Shown one piece after another: positions 1-11,300 of a stretch of DNA of 50,479 nt. The position numbers and the translations under genes were made by a program. Positions within the stretch are counted from its first letter, which is position 1. Each line of letters begins with the position of its first letter. Source of the DNA: Candidatus Zixiibacteriota bacterium (GTDB taxonomy: Bacteria > Zixibacteria > MSB-5A5 > CAIYYT01); the NCBI GenBank assembly GCA_040235515.1, contig JBECKX010000105.1:1-50479 (forward strand), read 5' to 3'. Under the pieces are notes generated by a model. The model was not told where the DNA came from. It made no database searches and saw nothing but the letters and a program-made list of their open reading frames with translations.

Positions 1-1
1 C

Positions 2-2206
2 TTCGATACAGCTTCAAGCAAGAACCTCGTCTACGGAAACTTCATCGGCACGGCTGCGGATAGCACTACGGCGATCCCGAATGGCGCCGGTGTCCTGATC
101 GACAATGCCCATGAAAACTACCTTTCACAGATTCCAGCCGGAGCCAATCTGATCAGCCAGAACAGTGGCCCCGGTGTCTGGATACGCGGAGATGAAGCCT
201 GGGGCAACACGGTGCGCTTCAATAAGACCTTCAACAATGGCGGACTCGATATCGACTTAGGTGAACTCGGAGTAACCGCCAACGACCTGGGGGATATGGT
301 CACCGGAATCGACGACGATGCCGGACCGAACGACCAACTCAATTTCCCGGCCGGGGTGAGCTACGAGTACGACGAAGAGAATATCGTCACCGTGATCTCC
401 GGATTTCACGACACCCACGACCCGGAGCTTGACAGCATCGACATCTACTCGGTCTCCGAGCGCAACCCCTCCCGGTACGGTGGAGCGCGGCAGTACCTCG
501 GTACAGTGGTGCCGCAGGAGAACGGCTATTTCCGCTTCGATTTTCCGGGGCTTCCCGAAGAATTGCCCTACCCGTTCGTGAGCGCGACGGCGACTGACCC
601 GGATGGCTCAACTTCCGAATTCTCCTACGTCTGCTCAGACCCGCTCGGGGTCGGCAAGATCGACAATGAAGAGGATGGGCTTTGCGACTCATGGGAAGCT
701 GAGGGAATCGACTACGATGGCGACGGAGTCATTGACCTGCCGCTCAACCAGCCACCATTCGCAGCCTATAATCGGGTAAAAGACCTTTTTGTTGAAGTGG
801 ACTGGATGCAGGAGGATGGCATCAATTTCAAGCCGGTATCACTGATCGGTGTCTCGGTCGCGTTCAAGAACGCACCGGTTGACAATCCCAATTCCTCTCT
901 CGATGGCATCGAACTGCACGCGATGCTGTCCGACTCGGTGCCGCACCACACCTACGTCGACTTCAACGACGATCCGAGAGATCCGGGAGTAATCCTCTGG
1001 AAGGATTTCGAGGAGTTGAAGTGGGGCGCGCCGTTCATGCCTTGCGGTGAAGGAGCGGATCATGGCTGGTTCGGTAACCAGGAGGATCGGGCGGCGGACA
1101 ATTGTGCAGCGATCCTGGGGGCGAGGAAGCTGGTCTTCCGTTACTGCATCTTCGGTCATCATCACGCACAGGGGCCCGGCTCATCCGGAATTGCCGATTT
1201 GCCCGGAAACGATTTCATGGTGACGCTGGGCGGGTGGCCCGACTCAGTCGTGTTTGCCGCCGGTGCTATTCCGAAGCAGGATCCCGCCGACCCATTCTAT
1301 GATACGGAACTACGCATCGCCCGCGGCTATCTGGAGGAAGGCACTTTCATGCACGAACTGGGCCACACCCTGAACTTGCAGCACGGTGGAGCGGATGGCA
1401 TCAATTACAAACCCCACTACCTGAGCGTAATGAATTACAGCTACCAGGATCGAGGAGTAGTCAGCGGCCGGAAACTGGATTACTCAAGGGAAAACCTCGG
1501 CACCCTGGACGAAAACAACCTCGACGAAAATGTAGGGCTCTTCGGGTCGGCCGGTCTCAAAGCGGCCTACCTGCAGACGCGCGGCCCGGGAGACGCCGAT
1601 GACTACATCAAAGTTGTTCCGGCGAATATCTCTCCGATCGACTGGGATGGGATCGATAAGGATGGCGACGGTGATTTCTACAACGACAACCCTGTCATGA
1701 GCAATATCAACGGCATCGACATGACAAATCCCACAACTGCAGGTCTGCAGGAGCTTAAGGGCTACAACGACTGGTCCCACATCAAGCTGAGTTTCCGTAA
1801 CACGCAGGGCTTCCTCAGTCGCAGCAGCAATTCTGCCTTTGACAAAACGGCAGATGTGGCTGTCAGCCTGGCAAAGCGGACCGACTCCGACGGTGACGGC
1901 ATCGCCAACTTCGATGACAATTGTCCGCAGATTGCCAATCCGGATCAGCTCGATGAGAACAATAACGGAATCGGTGATGTCTGCGAGGCTTCCGAATTCG
2001 CCTGTGGTGATGTCGATGGATCCGGTGAGGTCATCATCTCAGACGCCGTCTATCTCGTCAACTATATCTTCGCCGGCGGTCCGGCGCCGCTTGACCCGTA
2101 TGGCGGCGATGTCGACTGCGACGGTCAGACAATCATTACGGACGCCGTCTATCTGGTCAATTGGATCTTCGCCGGTGGGCCGAGTCCGTGTGCTGCCTGC
2201 AGGTAA
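2..2206 (+). CDS. 5'-truncated modular protein: parallel beta-helix repeats, metzincin-like zinc metalloprotease, TSP3-like Ca-binding repeat, C-terminal dockerin
   Basis: The frame is open from position 2 (FDTASSKNLVYGNFIGT...), upstream of the tracked start at 212. Motifs: HELGHTLNLQH zinc site with downstream SVMNY Met-turn; DSDGDGIANFDDNCPQIANPDQLDENNNGIGDVC; duplicated dockerin CGDVDGSGEVIISDAVYLVNYIF / GDVDCDGQTIITDAVYLVNWIF (2003-2203). Confidence 0.8.
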   Translation, partial: FDTASSKNLVYGNFIGTAADSTTAIPNGAGVLIDNAHENYLSQIPAGANLISQNSGPGVWIRGDEAWGNTVRFNKTFNNGGLDIDLGELGVTANDLGDMVTGIDDDAGPNDQLNFPAGVSYEYDEENIVTVISGFHDTHDPELDSIDIYSVSERNPSRYGGARQYLGTVVPQENGYFRFDFPGLPEELPYPFVSATATDPDGSTSEFSYVCSDPLGVGKIDNEEDGLCDSWEAEGIDYDGDGVIDLPLNQPPFAAYNRVKDLFVEVDWMQEDGINFKPVSLIGVSVAFKNAPVDNPNSSLDGIELHAMLSDSVPHHTYVDFNDDPRDPGVILWKDFEELKWGAPFMPCGEGADHGWFGNQEDRAADNCAAILGARKLVFRYCIFGHHHAQGPGSSGIADLPGNDFMVTLGGWPDSVVFAAGAIPKQDPADPFYDTELRIARGYLEEGTFMHELGHTLNLQHGGADGINYKPHYLSVMNYSYQDRGVVSGRKLDYSRENLGTLDENNLDENVGLFGSAGLKAAYLQTRGPGDADDYIKVVPANISPIDWDGIDKDGDGDFYNDNPVMSNINGIDMTNPTTAGLQELKGYNDWSHIKLSFRNTQGFLSRSSNSAFDKTADVAVSLAKRTDSDGDGIANFDDNCPQIANPDQLDENNNGIGDVCEASEFACGDVDGSGEVIISDAVYLVNYIFAGGPAPLDPYGGDVDCDGQTIITDAVYLVNWIFAGGPSPCAACR

Positions 2207-2491
2207 GGGCCAGGTTCTTCAAATCGATGCGCTAACCGGAACGGCACAGCTTTCTCGGTGAAGACGCACGGAGTAAGATCAGCTAGATTCTTCCCGGCTA
2301 TCCACCCGGTGCGTCGACGGTCCTGCGCGATTATCCATTGACAAAGAAGGGCTGCGACCATTTCTTGGGCAGTCTCAGGGTGTTTTACCCGGCACGCATT
2401 GGCCCGCCTATTTCTGTCGTTTTAGTCGATAATTCGAGCCAATTAAACAAATAGCGAAATTCCGCCGGGCGTAACACTTCGGAGTTCATTT

Positions 2492-2508
2492 CTGACCAAC
2501 TTGGTCAG
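2492..2508. promoter_or_regulatory. Perfect 17-bp palindromic operator upstream of the suf operon (Rrf2/IscR-like)
   Basis: CTGACCAA-C-TTGGTCAG, ~95 bp upstream of the sufC ATG. Confidence 0.6.
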
Positions 2509-2603
2509 TATTGATCGTGACTTCGTCGCGCTGAGGCGGACGGAGCTGTGAGACAGCAATTACCAGGCTTGTGGAGAATTAATAGAGGATTATCGAGGAT
2601 AAC

Positions 2604-3392
2604 ATGGCCGATAAGAAACCACTGTTGGAGATCAGGAATTTCTCAGTCAAGATCGACAACAACGAGATCATCAAGAACCTTAACTTTTCCGTCAATGCTG
2701 GCGAAATCCATGCGATAATGGGACCAAATGGCTCAGGTAAGTCCACGCTGTGCTACGCACTGACCGGGCATCCTGAGTATGAAATCACCGGCGGTGAAGT
2801 CACCTACGATGGCAAAAACCTGCTTGAGATGGAAGTCGACGAACGCGCCAAGGCGGGTTTGTTCCTGGCATTCCAGTACCCGGTGGAAGTACCCGGTGTG
2901 ACCCTGCAGAATTTTCTGCGGACTGCGTACAATGCTCGCCATGGCAACAACGGTGATGGTCAGTCGAGCAAAGTCAACGTGCTGAAATTCTGGGGTTACC
3001 TCAAAGAGAAGTTGAAGATGCTTGATATCCCGGAAACCTTCGCGAATCGCTATCTCAATGAAGGGTTCTCCGGTGGTGAGAAGAAGCGCGCCGAGATTCT
3101 GCAGATGGCGGTTCTGGAGCCGAAGGTGGCTCTCCTCGACGAGACCGATTCGGGACTCGACATTGACGCACTCAAAGCAGTGGCGGATGGTGTCAACAAA
3201 TTGATGAACGAGAATATGGCAGTCGTCATGATCACCCACTATCAGCGCCTGCTCAACTATATAAAACCGCACTTTGTCCATATCATGTCGAATGGCAATA
3301 TCATCAAGACCGGCGGGCCGGAACTGGCGTTGGAGCTGGAAGAGAAAGGCTACGGCTGGATCACTGGTGACAAAGTTGAAGCGGAGGCATAA
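2604..3392 (+). CDS. sufC: Fe-S cluster assembly ATPase SufC
   Basis: GPNGSGKST Walker A, FLAFQYPVEVPGV, GFSGGEKKR, LDETDSGLDID; GAGGA RBS. Confidence 0.97.
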   Translation: MADKKPLLEIRNFSVKIDNNEIIKNLNFSVNAGEIHAIMGPNGSGKSTLCYALTGHPEYEITGGEVTYDGKNLLEMEVDERAKAGLFLAFQYPVEVPGVTLQNFLRTAYNARHGNNGDGQSSKVNVLKFWGYLKEKLKMLDIPETFANRYLNEGFSGGEKKRAEILQMAVLEPKVALLDETDSGLDIDALKAVADGVNKLMNENMAVVMITHYQRLLNYIKPHFVHIMSNGNIIKTGGPELALELEEKGYGWITGDKVEAEA

Positions 3393-3395
3393 GCT

Positions 3396-4814
3396 ATGGC
3401 GGAACCGAAAGAAAACGCTGATCTGCGAGGATTAGGCGATTACAAATATGGTTTCCACGATCCCGAGAACTACAAGTTCAAGTCGGGGAAGGGCCTCAAT
3501 CGCGAAATCGTAACAACGATCTCGGAGATGAAAAACGAGCCGGGCTGGATGACCGATTTCCGGCTTAAGTCGCTCAAACATTTCCTCGAGCGGCCGATGC
3601 CGCGCTGGGGCGGTGGTGGACTGCTCGACACTATCGATTTCCAGAATATCCACTACTACGTCAAACCCTCCGAGCGCTCCGAGCGCACCTGGGAGGATGT
3701 TCCGGAGGATATCAAGAAGACCTTCGATCGTCTCGGAATTCCGGAAGCTGAAAAGAAGTACCTTGCCGGCGTCGGCGCCCAGTATGAGTCAGAAGTTGTC
3801 TACCACAACTTGCAGGAGCAGTGGACCAAGCTGGGTGTGGTGTTCCTCGACACCGACACGGGACTCAAGGAACATGAGGATGTTTTTAAGAAGTACTTCG
3901 GGACCGTAATCCCGTACAACGATAACAAGTTCGCCGCGCTCAACTCAGCGGTCTGGTCGGGTGGATCATTCATCTATGTCCCGCCGGGCGTGAGTGTTGA
4001 CATCCCGCTCCAGGCATATTTCCGCATCAACACGGAGAATATGGGCCAATTCGAGCGCACCCTGATCGTCGTCGATGAGGGTGCCTGGGTGCATTATGTC
4101 GAGGGTTGCACCGCTCCGACCTACTCCTCCGACTCGTTGCATTCGGCGGTCGTTGAGATCGTCGTGCGCAAAGGCGGCCGCTGTCGCTACACGACGATTC
4201 AAAACTGGTCGAAGAACGTGTACAACCTCGTGACCAAGCGCGCCGAGGCGTACGAAAACGCCACGATGGAATGGGTCGATGGCAATATCGGTTCCAAGCT
4301 TACCATGAAGTATCCCGCGATTCATCTCAAGGGAGAGGGCGCCAAGGGTGAAGTGCTGTCGGTGGCGTTTGCCGCGGATGATCAGCATCAGGATGCAGGA
4401 GCCAAGGTGGTGCACCTGGCGCCGAATACGTCATCATCCGTCATCTCCAAGTCAATCTCGAAGGGCCTCGGCCGTTCTTCCTATCGTGGCCTGGTAAAGG
4501 TTGCCAAAGGTTGTACCGGGGTTAAGTCAAATGTCGAGTGCGACGCACTACTGCTCGATGAAGAATCACGCACCGACACCTACCCGTACATGGAGATCGA
4601 CGAAGAGGATGTCTCGATCAGCCATGAGGCATCAGTCTCGAAAATCTCGGAGACTCAGATGTTTTATCTGATGTCGCGCGGATTGACCGAGGAACAAGCC
4701 TCGATGATGATCGTGAATGGTTTCATCGAGCCGATCGTGAAACAGCTGCCGATGGAATACGCGGTCGAACTGAACCGCTTGATTGAACTTGAGATGGAAG
4801 GTTCGGTGGGCTGA
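3396..4814 (+). CDS. sufB: Fe-S cluster assembly scaffold SufB
   Basis: [53 protein letters not shown]-terminus. Confidence 0.97.
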   Translation: MAEPKENADLRGLGDYKYGFHDPENYKFKSGKGLNREIVTTISEMKNEPGWMTDFRLKSLKHFLERPMPRWGGGGLLDTIDFQNIHYYVKPSERSERTWEDVPEDIKKTFDRLGIPEAEKKYLAGVGAQYESEVVYHNLQEQWTKLGVVFLDTDTGLKEHEDVFKKYFGTVIPYNDNKFAALNSAVWSGGSFIYVPPGVSVDIPLQAYFRINTENMGQFERTLIVVDEGAWVHYVEGCTAPTYSSDSLHSAVVEIVVRKGGRCRYTTIQNWSKNVYNLVTKRAEAYENATMEWVDGNIGSKLTMKYPAIHLKGEGAKGEVLSVAFAADDQHQDAGAKVVHLAPNTSSSVISKSISKGLGRSSYRGLVKVAKGCTGVKSNVECDALLLDEESRTDTYPYMEIDEEDVSISHEASVSKISETQMFYLMSRGLTEEQASMMIVNGFIEPIVKQLPMEYAVELNRLIELEMEGSVG

Positions 4815-4816
4815 GG

Positions 4817-6145
4817 ATGGCGGAAGTCGTAATCAAACGTAAGGATAAGGGAGATCTCTTCGATCCCCTCTCTGAAGAACTATTCAATGAGTCCCTCAGT
4901 TCGACTCACAGCGGCGATGATCTGATCAAGTGGCAGCGGGAGAGCTTCAAGCTTGCTCAGGCGGCAGCTACCCCGACGAACAAGGATGAGGACTTCAAGT
5001 ACGTGAACTTCCGCCAATTGAAGTTCGATGGCTTGAAGCCGGTTGCGGCAGATTGGAATTCTGCTAAGCAGGGTAAACTGCTTGCGGTCGGAATCAGCGC
5101 CGCCGACGCCGTCCCGGATGAGTACGCCGTGGAGCAGGTGCAGGGCGATCCTGAGTCGCATATCTTTTTCGGTTCGTTCGATCAGGCGATGGTCGACCGC
5201 AAAGATCAATTGCTCAAGGCTCTGGATCTGATTAAGGCCGAGTTTCCGGCGCGTAAGTTCGCACTCTTTGCGCATGCGTTCCTCAGCCAGGGCGCATTTC
5301 TGCACGTCGACAAGAACACCGAGGAATCCACTCCGCGTCAATTGTTTACCAGAATAGCAGACTCAAGCTGCCTTCACTCTCCCGCAACACTGGCCGTGGT
5401 GGAAGAAAACGCCCGTGCCAGCCTGGTGTGGGATATCGATTCCGCCGAGTCGGCTGACGGCCTGCTGAATGGCACGATGGATGTGATCGTAAAGTCTGGC
5501 AGTCATCTGAATCTGCTCGTGACGCAACATCTGACCTCCAGCGTCAATAGCATCTCGACAATTCGGGTTTATCTCGGTCGCGATGCCCAACTGGAGATGG
5601 CGATGATCAACTCCGGTGGGAAAGTCAACCAGATGGAGATCGATGTCAAGATGGCGGATCGTGGATCGAGTGCGTTGATCAATGGTGTCTACGTCGGGAG
5701 AGAGCGGGAGAATTTCAATCTGCTCACCCATCAGCATCACCGCGTGGGGAACACCGGGTCAGATCTGTTTTACATAGGGACCCTCTCCGGTAAGTCATCG
5801 TCGAACTATCTCGGCAAAATCACGATCGATCCCGGCGCACAGCAATCAGACGCCTATCAGAAAAATCGCAATCTTATCCTGACTCGCGGTTGTACGGTCA
5901 ACAGCTCCCCGAAGCTGGAAATCTCGGCCAACGATGTGCGCTGCTCGCATGGGGCGACTACCGCGAAGGTGTCAGACCTGGAGATGTACTACCTGCAGTC
6001 GCGCGCGATTGACTACAACACCGCCAAGGTACTGCTGTCCGACGGCTTTATATCGCAGGTTACGCCGCGGATCAAAGCCAAGCTGTTGCGGGACGGATTT
6101 GAACGCCGACTGGAGGCTCTCCTGAGCCGGTGGGGTGGACGTTAA
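4817..6145 (+). CDS. sufD: Fe-S cluster assembly protein SufD
   Basis: PKLEISANDVRCSHGAT and YYLQSRAI motifs; follows sufB. Confidence 0.92.
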   Translation: MAEVVIKRKDKGDLFDPLSEELFNESLSSTHSGDDLIKWQRESFKLAQAAATPTNKDEDFKYVNFRQLKFDGLKPVAADWNSAKQGKLLAVGISAADAVPDEYAVEQVQGDPESHIFFGSFDQAMVDRKDQLLKALDLIKAEFPARKFALFAHAFLSQGAFLHVDKNTEESTPRQLFTRIADSSCLHSPATLAVVEENARASLVWDIDSAESADGLLNGTMDVIVKSGSHLNLLVTQHLTSSVNSISTIRVYLGRDAQLEMAMINSGGKVNQMEIDVKMADRGSSALINGVYVGRERENFNLLTHQHHRVGNTGSDLFYIGTLSGKSSSNYLGKITIDPGAQQSDAYQKNRNLILTRGCTVNSSPKLEISANDVRCSHGATTAKVSDLEMYYLQSRAIDYNTAKVLLSDGFISQVTPRIKAKLLRDGFERRLEALLSRWGGR

Positions 6146-6276
6146 ACATCGAGAGAGCGGAGAGCAATACCAACACACTGCTGTCACAACTGTTTGCAGC
6201 AGTGGAAAGTGTGCCCACAGCATGTTGATCCCGGCTTTCTCAGGCGCAACGGCAATGCTGCGCTGCGGAGTTTCAG

Positions 6277-7518
6277 ATGAGCATAGATGTTAAGAAGATA
6301 AAGGCCGATTTTCCGATCTTCGCCAATACCATTCGCGATGGCAAGCCGTTGGTCTACCTGGACAGCGCCGCCACCAGCCACAAGCCGAAGGCGGTGATTG
6401 AGGCAGAGTGTGAATTCTATGCCCGCGAGTATGGTACAGTCAGGCGTGGCATCTATGAACTCTCGGCCCGGGCGACCGAGAGATACGAAGGGGCGCGACA
6501 AACGATCGCAGACTTCATTCGTGCCAAATCATCCGCTGAGATAATCTTCACGCGCGGTACCACCGATTCGATCAACCTGATCACTCGTTGTTTCGGTGAG
6601 TCTCAAATGAAAGCTGGGGATGAGATCATCCTCTCCCGCTTCGAACACCACTCCAACCTCGTACCCTGGCTGATGCTGGCGCAGCGAATTGGTGTTAAGT
6701 TGGTGTATGCCGACTTCACGCCGGAATGGAATATCGACACCGCCGATTTAGAGCAGAAAATTACAGAGCGAACGAAGCTCATTGCCGTTTCGGGGATGTC
6801 CAATGTCCTCGGCTGTGTGACGGACGCAGAGACGATCACCGAAATTGCTCATGCCAGGGGAATCCCGGTTCTGATCGATGGCGCTCAACTGGTGCCACAC
6901 TTCGGATTCGATCTTTCCAAGGTGAAGTGTGACTTCCTCGCCTTCTCCGGGCATAAGATGCTTGGGCCTGCCGGTATCGGCGTGCTGTACATGAAGAAAC
7001 AGTGGGGCGAACAGCTCCCCCCCTACCTCGGCGGCGGTGATATGATCGAGTATGTCCATTACGACAGCTTCACCACCAACGACTTGCCGTGGAAATTCGA
7101 AGCCGGCACCCCCAACATGGCCGGGGCAATCGGGCTGGGCGCCGCCGTTGAATATCTCAACCGGATCGGGTGGGATAAGCTGATTGACCACGAGAACGAA
7201 ATCACGGAGTACGCGCTCGAGCGGATGCTCTCCACTGATGGAATGACGCTGTATGGGCCGCAAACCCCGGAGCGACGCGGGGCGGTCTTTGCGTTTAACT
7301 ACAAGGGAATACACTCTCACGACGTCGGTTCGATGCTCGATTTTGCCAATATTGCCATCCGCGCCGGTCACCATTGTGCCCAGCCGCTGATGGAGACACT
7401 CGGTGTCAACTCTACCGCCCGTGCCAGCTTTTTCCTTTACAATGAGAAGGAAGAGATCGATATTCTCCTCGAACACCTTAAAGCATCCGAAAGGTTTCTG
7501 ACAGATGCAGTTGGATGA
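6277..7518 (+). CDS. sufS: Group II cysteine desulfurase SufS
   Basis: YLDSAATS, FSGHKM (PLP lysine), RAGHHCAQP catalytic loop. Confidence 0.96.
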   Translation: MSIDVKKIKADFPIFANTIRDGKPLVYLDSAATSHKPKAVIEAECEFYAREYGTVRRGIYELSARATERYEGARQTIADFIRAKSSAEIIFTRGTTDSINLITRCFGESQMKAGDEIILSRFEHHSNLVPWLMLAQRIGVKLVYADFTPEWNIDTADLEQKITERTKLIAVSGMSNVLGCVTDAETITEIAHARGIPVLIDGAQLVPHFGFDLSKVKCDFLAFSGHKMLGPAGIGVLYMKKQWGEQLPPYLGGGDMIEYVHYDSFTTNDLPWKFEAGTPNMAGAIGLGAAVEYLNRIGWDKLIDHENEITEYALERMLSTDGMTLYGPQTPERRGAVFAFNYKGIHSHDVGSMLDFANIAIRAGHHCAQPLMETLGVNSTARASFFLYNEKEEIDILLEHLKASERFLTDAVG

Positions 7519-7963
7519 CCTCTATCGCGAGGTTATAGTCGACCATTACAATCACCCGCGTAACTACGGTAAGCCCGAGAAATGGGATATCGTGGTCGAA
7601 GGGAAGAATCCCGTTTGTGGTGATGAGATCAAGATCTACCTTGCCGTCAAGGATGATGTCGTTTCCGACGTTCATTTTGAAGGACAGGGTTGCTCGATCT
7701 CGATAGCCTCTGCCTCGGTGATGACTGAAGCGTTGCGCGGCAAGAGCTTGCTGGAAGTGAAGACGATTCTGGCTGATTTCAACCAGATGCTGCGTGGCGA
7801 GGCCTGCGAGCGTTGCGAAAATTATTCTGATGCTATTGCATTTCAAGGGGTTACGAAGTTTCCGGTACGGGTGAAGTGTGCGTTGCTCGCCTGGAAGACT
7901 GTCGAGGAAGTGGTAAATTCTGAGGATGGAGAGACCCCTCCCACGGAAGTCAATTTGGAGTAG
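7505..7963 (+). CDS. sufU: SUF system sulfur-transfer protein SufU
   Basis: NPVCGD, GCSISIASAS, RVKCALLAW; overlaps the end of sufS. Confidence 0.93.
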   Translation: MQLDDLYREVIVDHYNHPRNYGKPEKWDIVVEGKNPVCGDEIKIYLAVKDDVVSDVHFEGQGCSISIASASVMTEALRGKSLLEVKTILADFNQMLRGEACERCENYSDAIAFQGVTKFPVRVKCALLAWKTVEEVVNSEDGETPPTEVNLE

Positions 7964-8084
7964 TCGCCGAGTCTGAAATCCCGCCGTTTTGGAAGCAATT
8001 CCGACCGCATTTAAGCTAAGTTCTGGCTTGAAGTTCTGTTACTAACTTAACAATAATTAAACAGTTAAATAAGGGGGTTTTCTG

Positions 8085-8112
8085 TTGACACCTGTATTGC
8101 AATAGCTATATT
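8085..8112 (+). promoter_or_regulatory. Sigma70-type promoter of the large surface protein gene
   Basis: TTGACA-16 nt-TATATT with an AT-rich upstream region. Confidence 0.6.
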
Positions 8113-8352
8113 TTAAGCATGGGAAATAGGGGGAAATATACTTATTTTTTACGTTACCTTTCGGTAATTAGAACGCAAATTTCAGAATCACGAAAAGATT
8201 GTAAGTCTGAAAGGAACTTCCGGTTCGCTTTTGGATATTGGACATTTCTGAGCTTCTGTCAACGGTGAAGCAGAGCCTATTCCAGTCATTCAACTATTTC
8301 TACTATGTCGTCAAATAGAAACCTAACTTTTCAGCAACCTAATGGAGGTATT

Positions 8353-11300
8353 ATGTCACATCGACCGCGCTTGGCCATTGCTGCATTTTTCCTTGTAGCA
8401 TTGGCAAGCATGTTCACCTTCACAGGCTCTGCGTCTGCGCAGGTTGATCCCGGCTACGCCATCCGGATTGATTGTCCGATGGAAGTATCCGCCGCAGACG
8501 AGGGCGACTCAATCGAGGTCAAAGTCTACTACACCGCAGCCGAAGCGGTGGGTGCTTTCTCCCTCGGTTTCAAAGTTAATTCGCCTGATTTGGATATCGC
8601 CGGTATTTCTCCGGGACCGCTGTTGGGCTCATGGTTTATACCGACGGTGCTGTTCAATCCCACCGAGAATACCGCGCTTTATGGCGGATTGACCTTCAAT
8701 CCAGCCGCCACAATTCCTCCTGCCACCGATCAGTACCTGTTCTCCTTCTGGGTTAGGGTGCCGGTAGGTGTACAGCCCCAGTGTGCGTCTATCGACTCTA
8801 TCTTCGTCGCGCCGGGCGGTGTCTGGAACCTGACAACCTCCGTCGGTGGTGTCACCAGCAACAAGCGTCCTGATTTTATCGCTTGTGGCGGCGAGGAGAT
8901 CAACGTGAAGGGTGGTTGCGATGCTGCGCAGAACAACCCTCCGGTCGCGCTCTGCCAGCCGATAACCGTTGACGCAGATGAAAACTGCCAGGCAAACGCC
9001 AATATCGATAATGGTTCAAACGATCCCGATGGTGATGCTATCACAATTGTGCAGGTGCCCGCGGGACCTTATCCATTGGGCGAGACAATGGTCTCGCTGA
9101 TTGTTTCCGACGGGGAATTCGCTGATACCTGCGATGCTCTCGTTACCGTCAATGACAATACGGATCCTCAGGTTAACTGTCCGGCCGATATCGTGGTCGG
9201 CAATGATGCCGGTGTTTGCGGCGCGGTCGTCAACTTCGCAGCCACGGCTACAGATAACTGCTCCGATCCGGTCACAATCGTCTACAGCCAGGATCCCGGC
9301 ACCGAGTTCCCGATCGGAACCACCACGGTGACCGTGACGGCCACTGATGATGCCGGTAATTCAGCCCAGTGTACATTTGACGTTACAGTCAATGATACCG
9401 AGGCTCCGGTTGTTACCTGTCCTGATGATGTCACTGTAGTTGCCGCTGGCGGCGCTACTACCGCAGTGGTCAATTTCTCGCTTAATGACCCGACCGATAA
9501 CTGCCCCGGTGCCACGGTCTCTTCTGAACCGGCCTCGGGAACAGAGTTCGCTCTCGGTACTACTTCGGTTACAGTGACCGCTGAAGATGCCGCCGGCAAT
9601 ACCACTCAGTGCAGCTTCGACGTCACAGTCCAGGCTCCGCCGGTGGTCGCCGATATTCCTGACCAGACAATCGATCAGGGTGGATCCTTCGCCCAGATCA
9701 ATCTCGATGACTTCGTCGAAGATCTCGACAACGCCGACACCGAAATTACCTGGAGTGCCGGTCTGTTCAAGAGCCTCGGCGAAATCACGGTGGATATCGT
9801 TGATCGTGTTGCCACAATCAATGTGACTCCCGACTTCACCGGTTCTGCAGTGTTCGAGTTTACCGCCACCGATCCTGATGGCAACTCTGACTCAGACCAG
9901 GCGACATTCACGGTTAACACCCCTGAAAACGAGCCGCCGGTTGTAGCCGATATTCCCGATCAGACGGTGACTTCTGGTGACCCGTTCGTTCAGATCAATC
10001 TCGACGACTACGTCAGTGATCCTGACAACGCCGACAACGAAATTTCCTGGACCTCAGCCGGTGCGAACCAATTGACGGTCGCAATCGTTGATCGCGTCGC
10101 CACCATCACCTATCCGGGTGGATTCACCGGTGCCGAAACGGTTACCTTCACGGCTGCCGATCCGGGTGGTCTGTTCGACTCCGACCAGGCTACATTCACC
10201 GTGAATGCAGTCCCGAACGAGCCGCCGGTTGTCTCTGATATTCCTGATCAGACAATCGACTCCGACGGCGCATTCGCCTTTATTCCGCTCGATGATTACG
10301 TGACCGATCCCGACAACACCGACGAGGAAATGACCTGGGTAGCAAACGAGCTCTCCAATACAGCCGGTGTTTCGGTAACGATCGATGCCAATCGGGTTGC
10401 GATGCCGACCTTTACCAACGTCGGTGTTGCCACATTCGAATTCGTGGCTACCGATCCGGGCGGTCTCAGCGATGCTGATACGGTCACTTTCACCGTCAAC
10501 GAAGCCCTTAATCCCGACTTCGAAGTCCTGGCGTCACCGGATTCGATCTTCGTTCCGGAAGGAACCGCCACCGACTTCGCTTATAACGTGACCGTCAACG
10601 CCATCGACGGCTTTACCGGCGACGTCACCCTCAGCGTGAGCGGACTCCCGGCTGGCGTCGGTGCTGCGTTTGACACCAACCCTGTTTCAGTTCCGGGTAG
10701 CTCGATTCTTGAAGGCACCACCGCTGACGATACGCCGGCAGGTGTCTATGAGCTCGAAATCTCCGGTGCAACTTCGGCTAAGATCGTGGACCCGCACGTT
10801 GCGTATGTCTACCTCGTAGTCGAAGAGCAGGGCTGTATTGATCCGCCGGTCCCGATGGTCAGTGCAAACCAGTTTGATATCACGATCACCGAGGGCGAAA
10901 ACGCTGCCGATGAGATGTTCTATGTTACCAACGGTGCTTCCTGCGGTACGCTCTTCTGGCAGGCTATGTCAACTGAAGCCTGGGTATCGCCTGATCCGAC
11001 CAGCGGTTCAGTTGATGCCGGCGTGAGCCCTGGCGATGAAGTTACTCTTAGCTTCACCACCGCAGCGCTTGAGCCGGGCGATTACACCGCCCAGATCAAT
11101 GTCGTATCGGTGTTGCCGGGTGCCGGCAAGAGCGATGAAGGCGCCGCCGTCGTGATCAACCTTACGGTTGAGCCGATGGGCGAGTCAGCGGACACTGTTT
11201 ATGTCTCCAGCGCCTCCGCCTATCCGGGTGGTCATGCCGCTATCGAAATTAATTTCAAGAACGACGAAGAACTCGCCGCCCTCTCACTCGGTTTGATGTG

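Noticed and set aside
2338..2403. TTGACA at 2338 and a sigma54-like GGCACGCATTGGC at 2391 upstream of suf
   Set aside because: No convincing -10 box at 16-18 nt; the GG-to-GC spacing is 9 rather than the required 10.
8150..8230. ACGCAAA followed by a stem, reminiscent of a c-di-GMP-I riboswitch
   Set aside because: Lacks the upstream GGCAAA and GAAA-capped P2 and the tetraloop receptor.
9634..10500. Nucleotide-level repeats inside the large surface protein gene as a DGR or mobile repeat
   Set aside because: Explained by tandem Ig-like protein repeats; there is no adenine-specific variation pattern and no reverse transcriptase.
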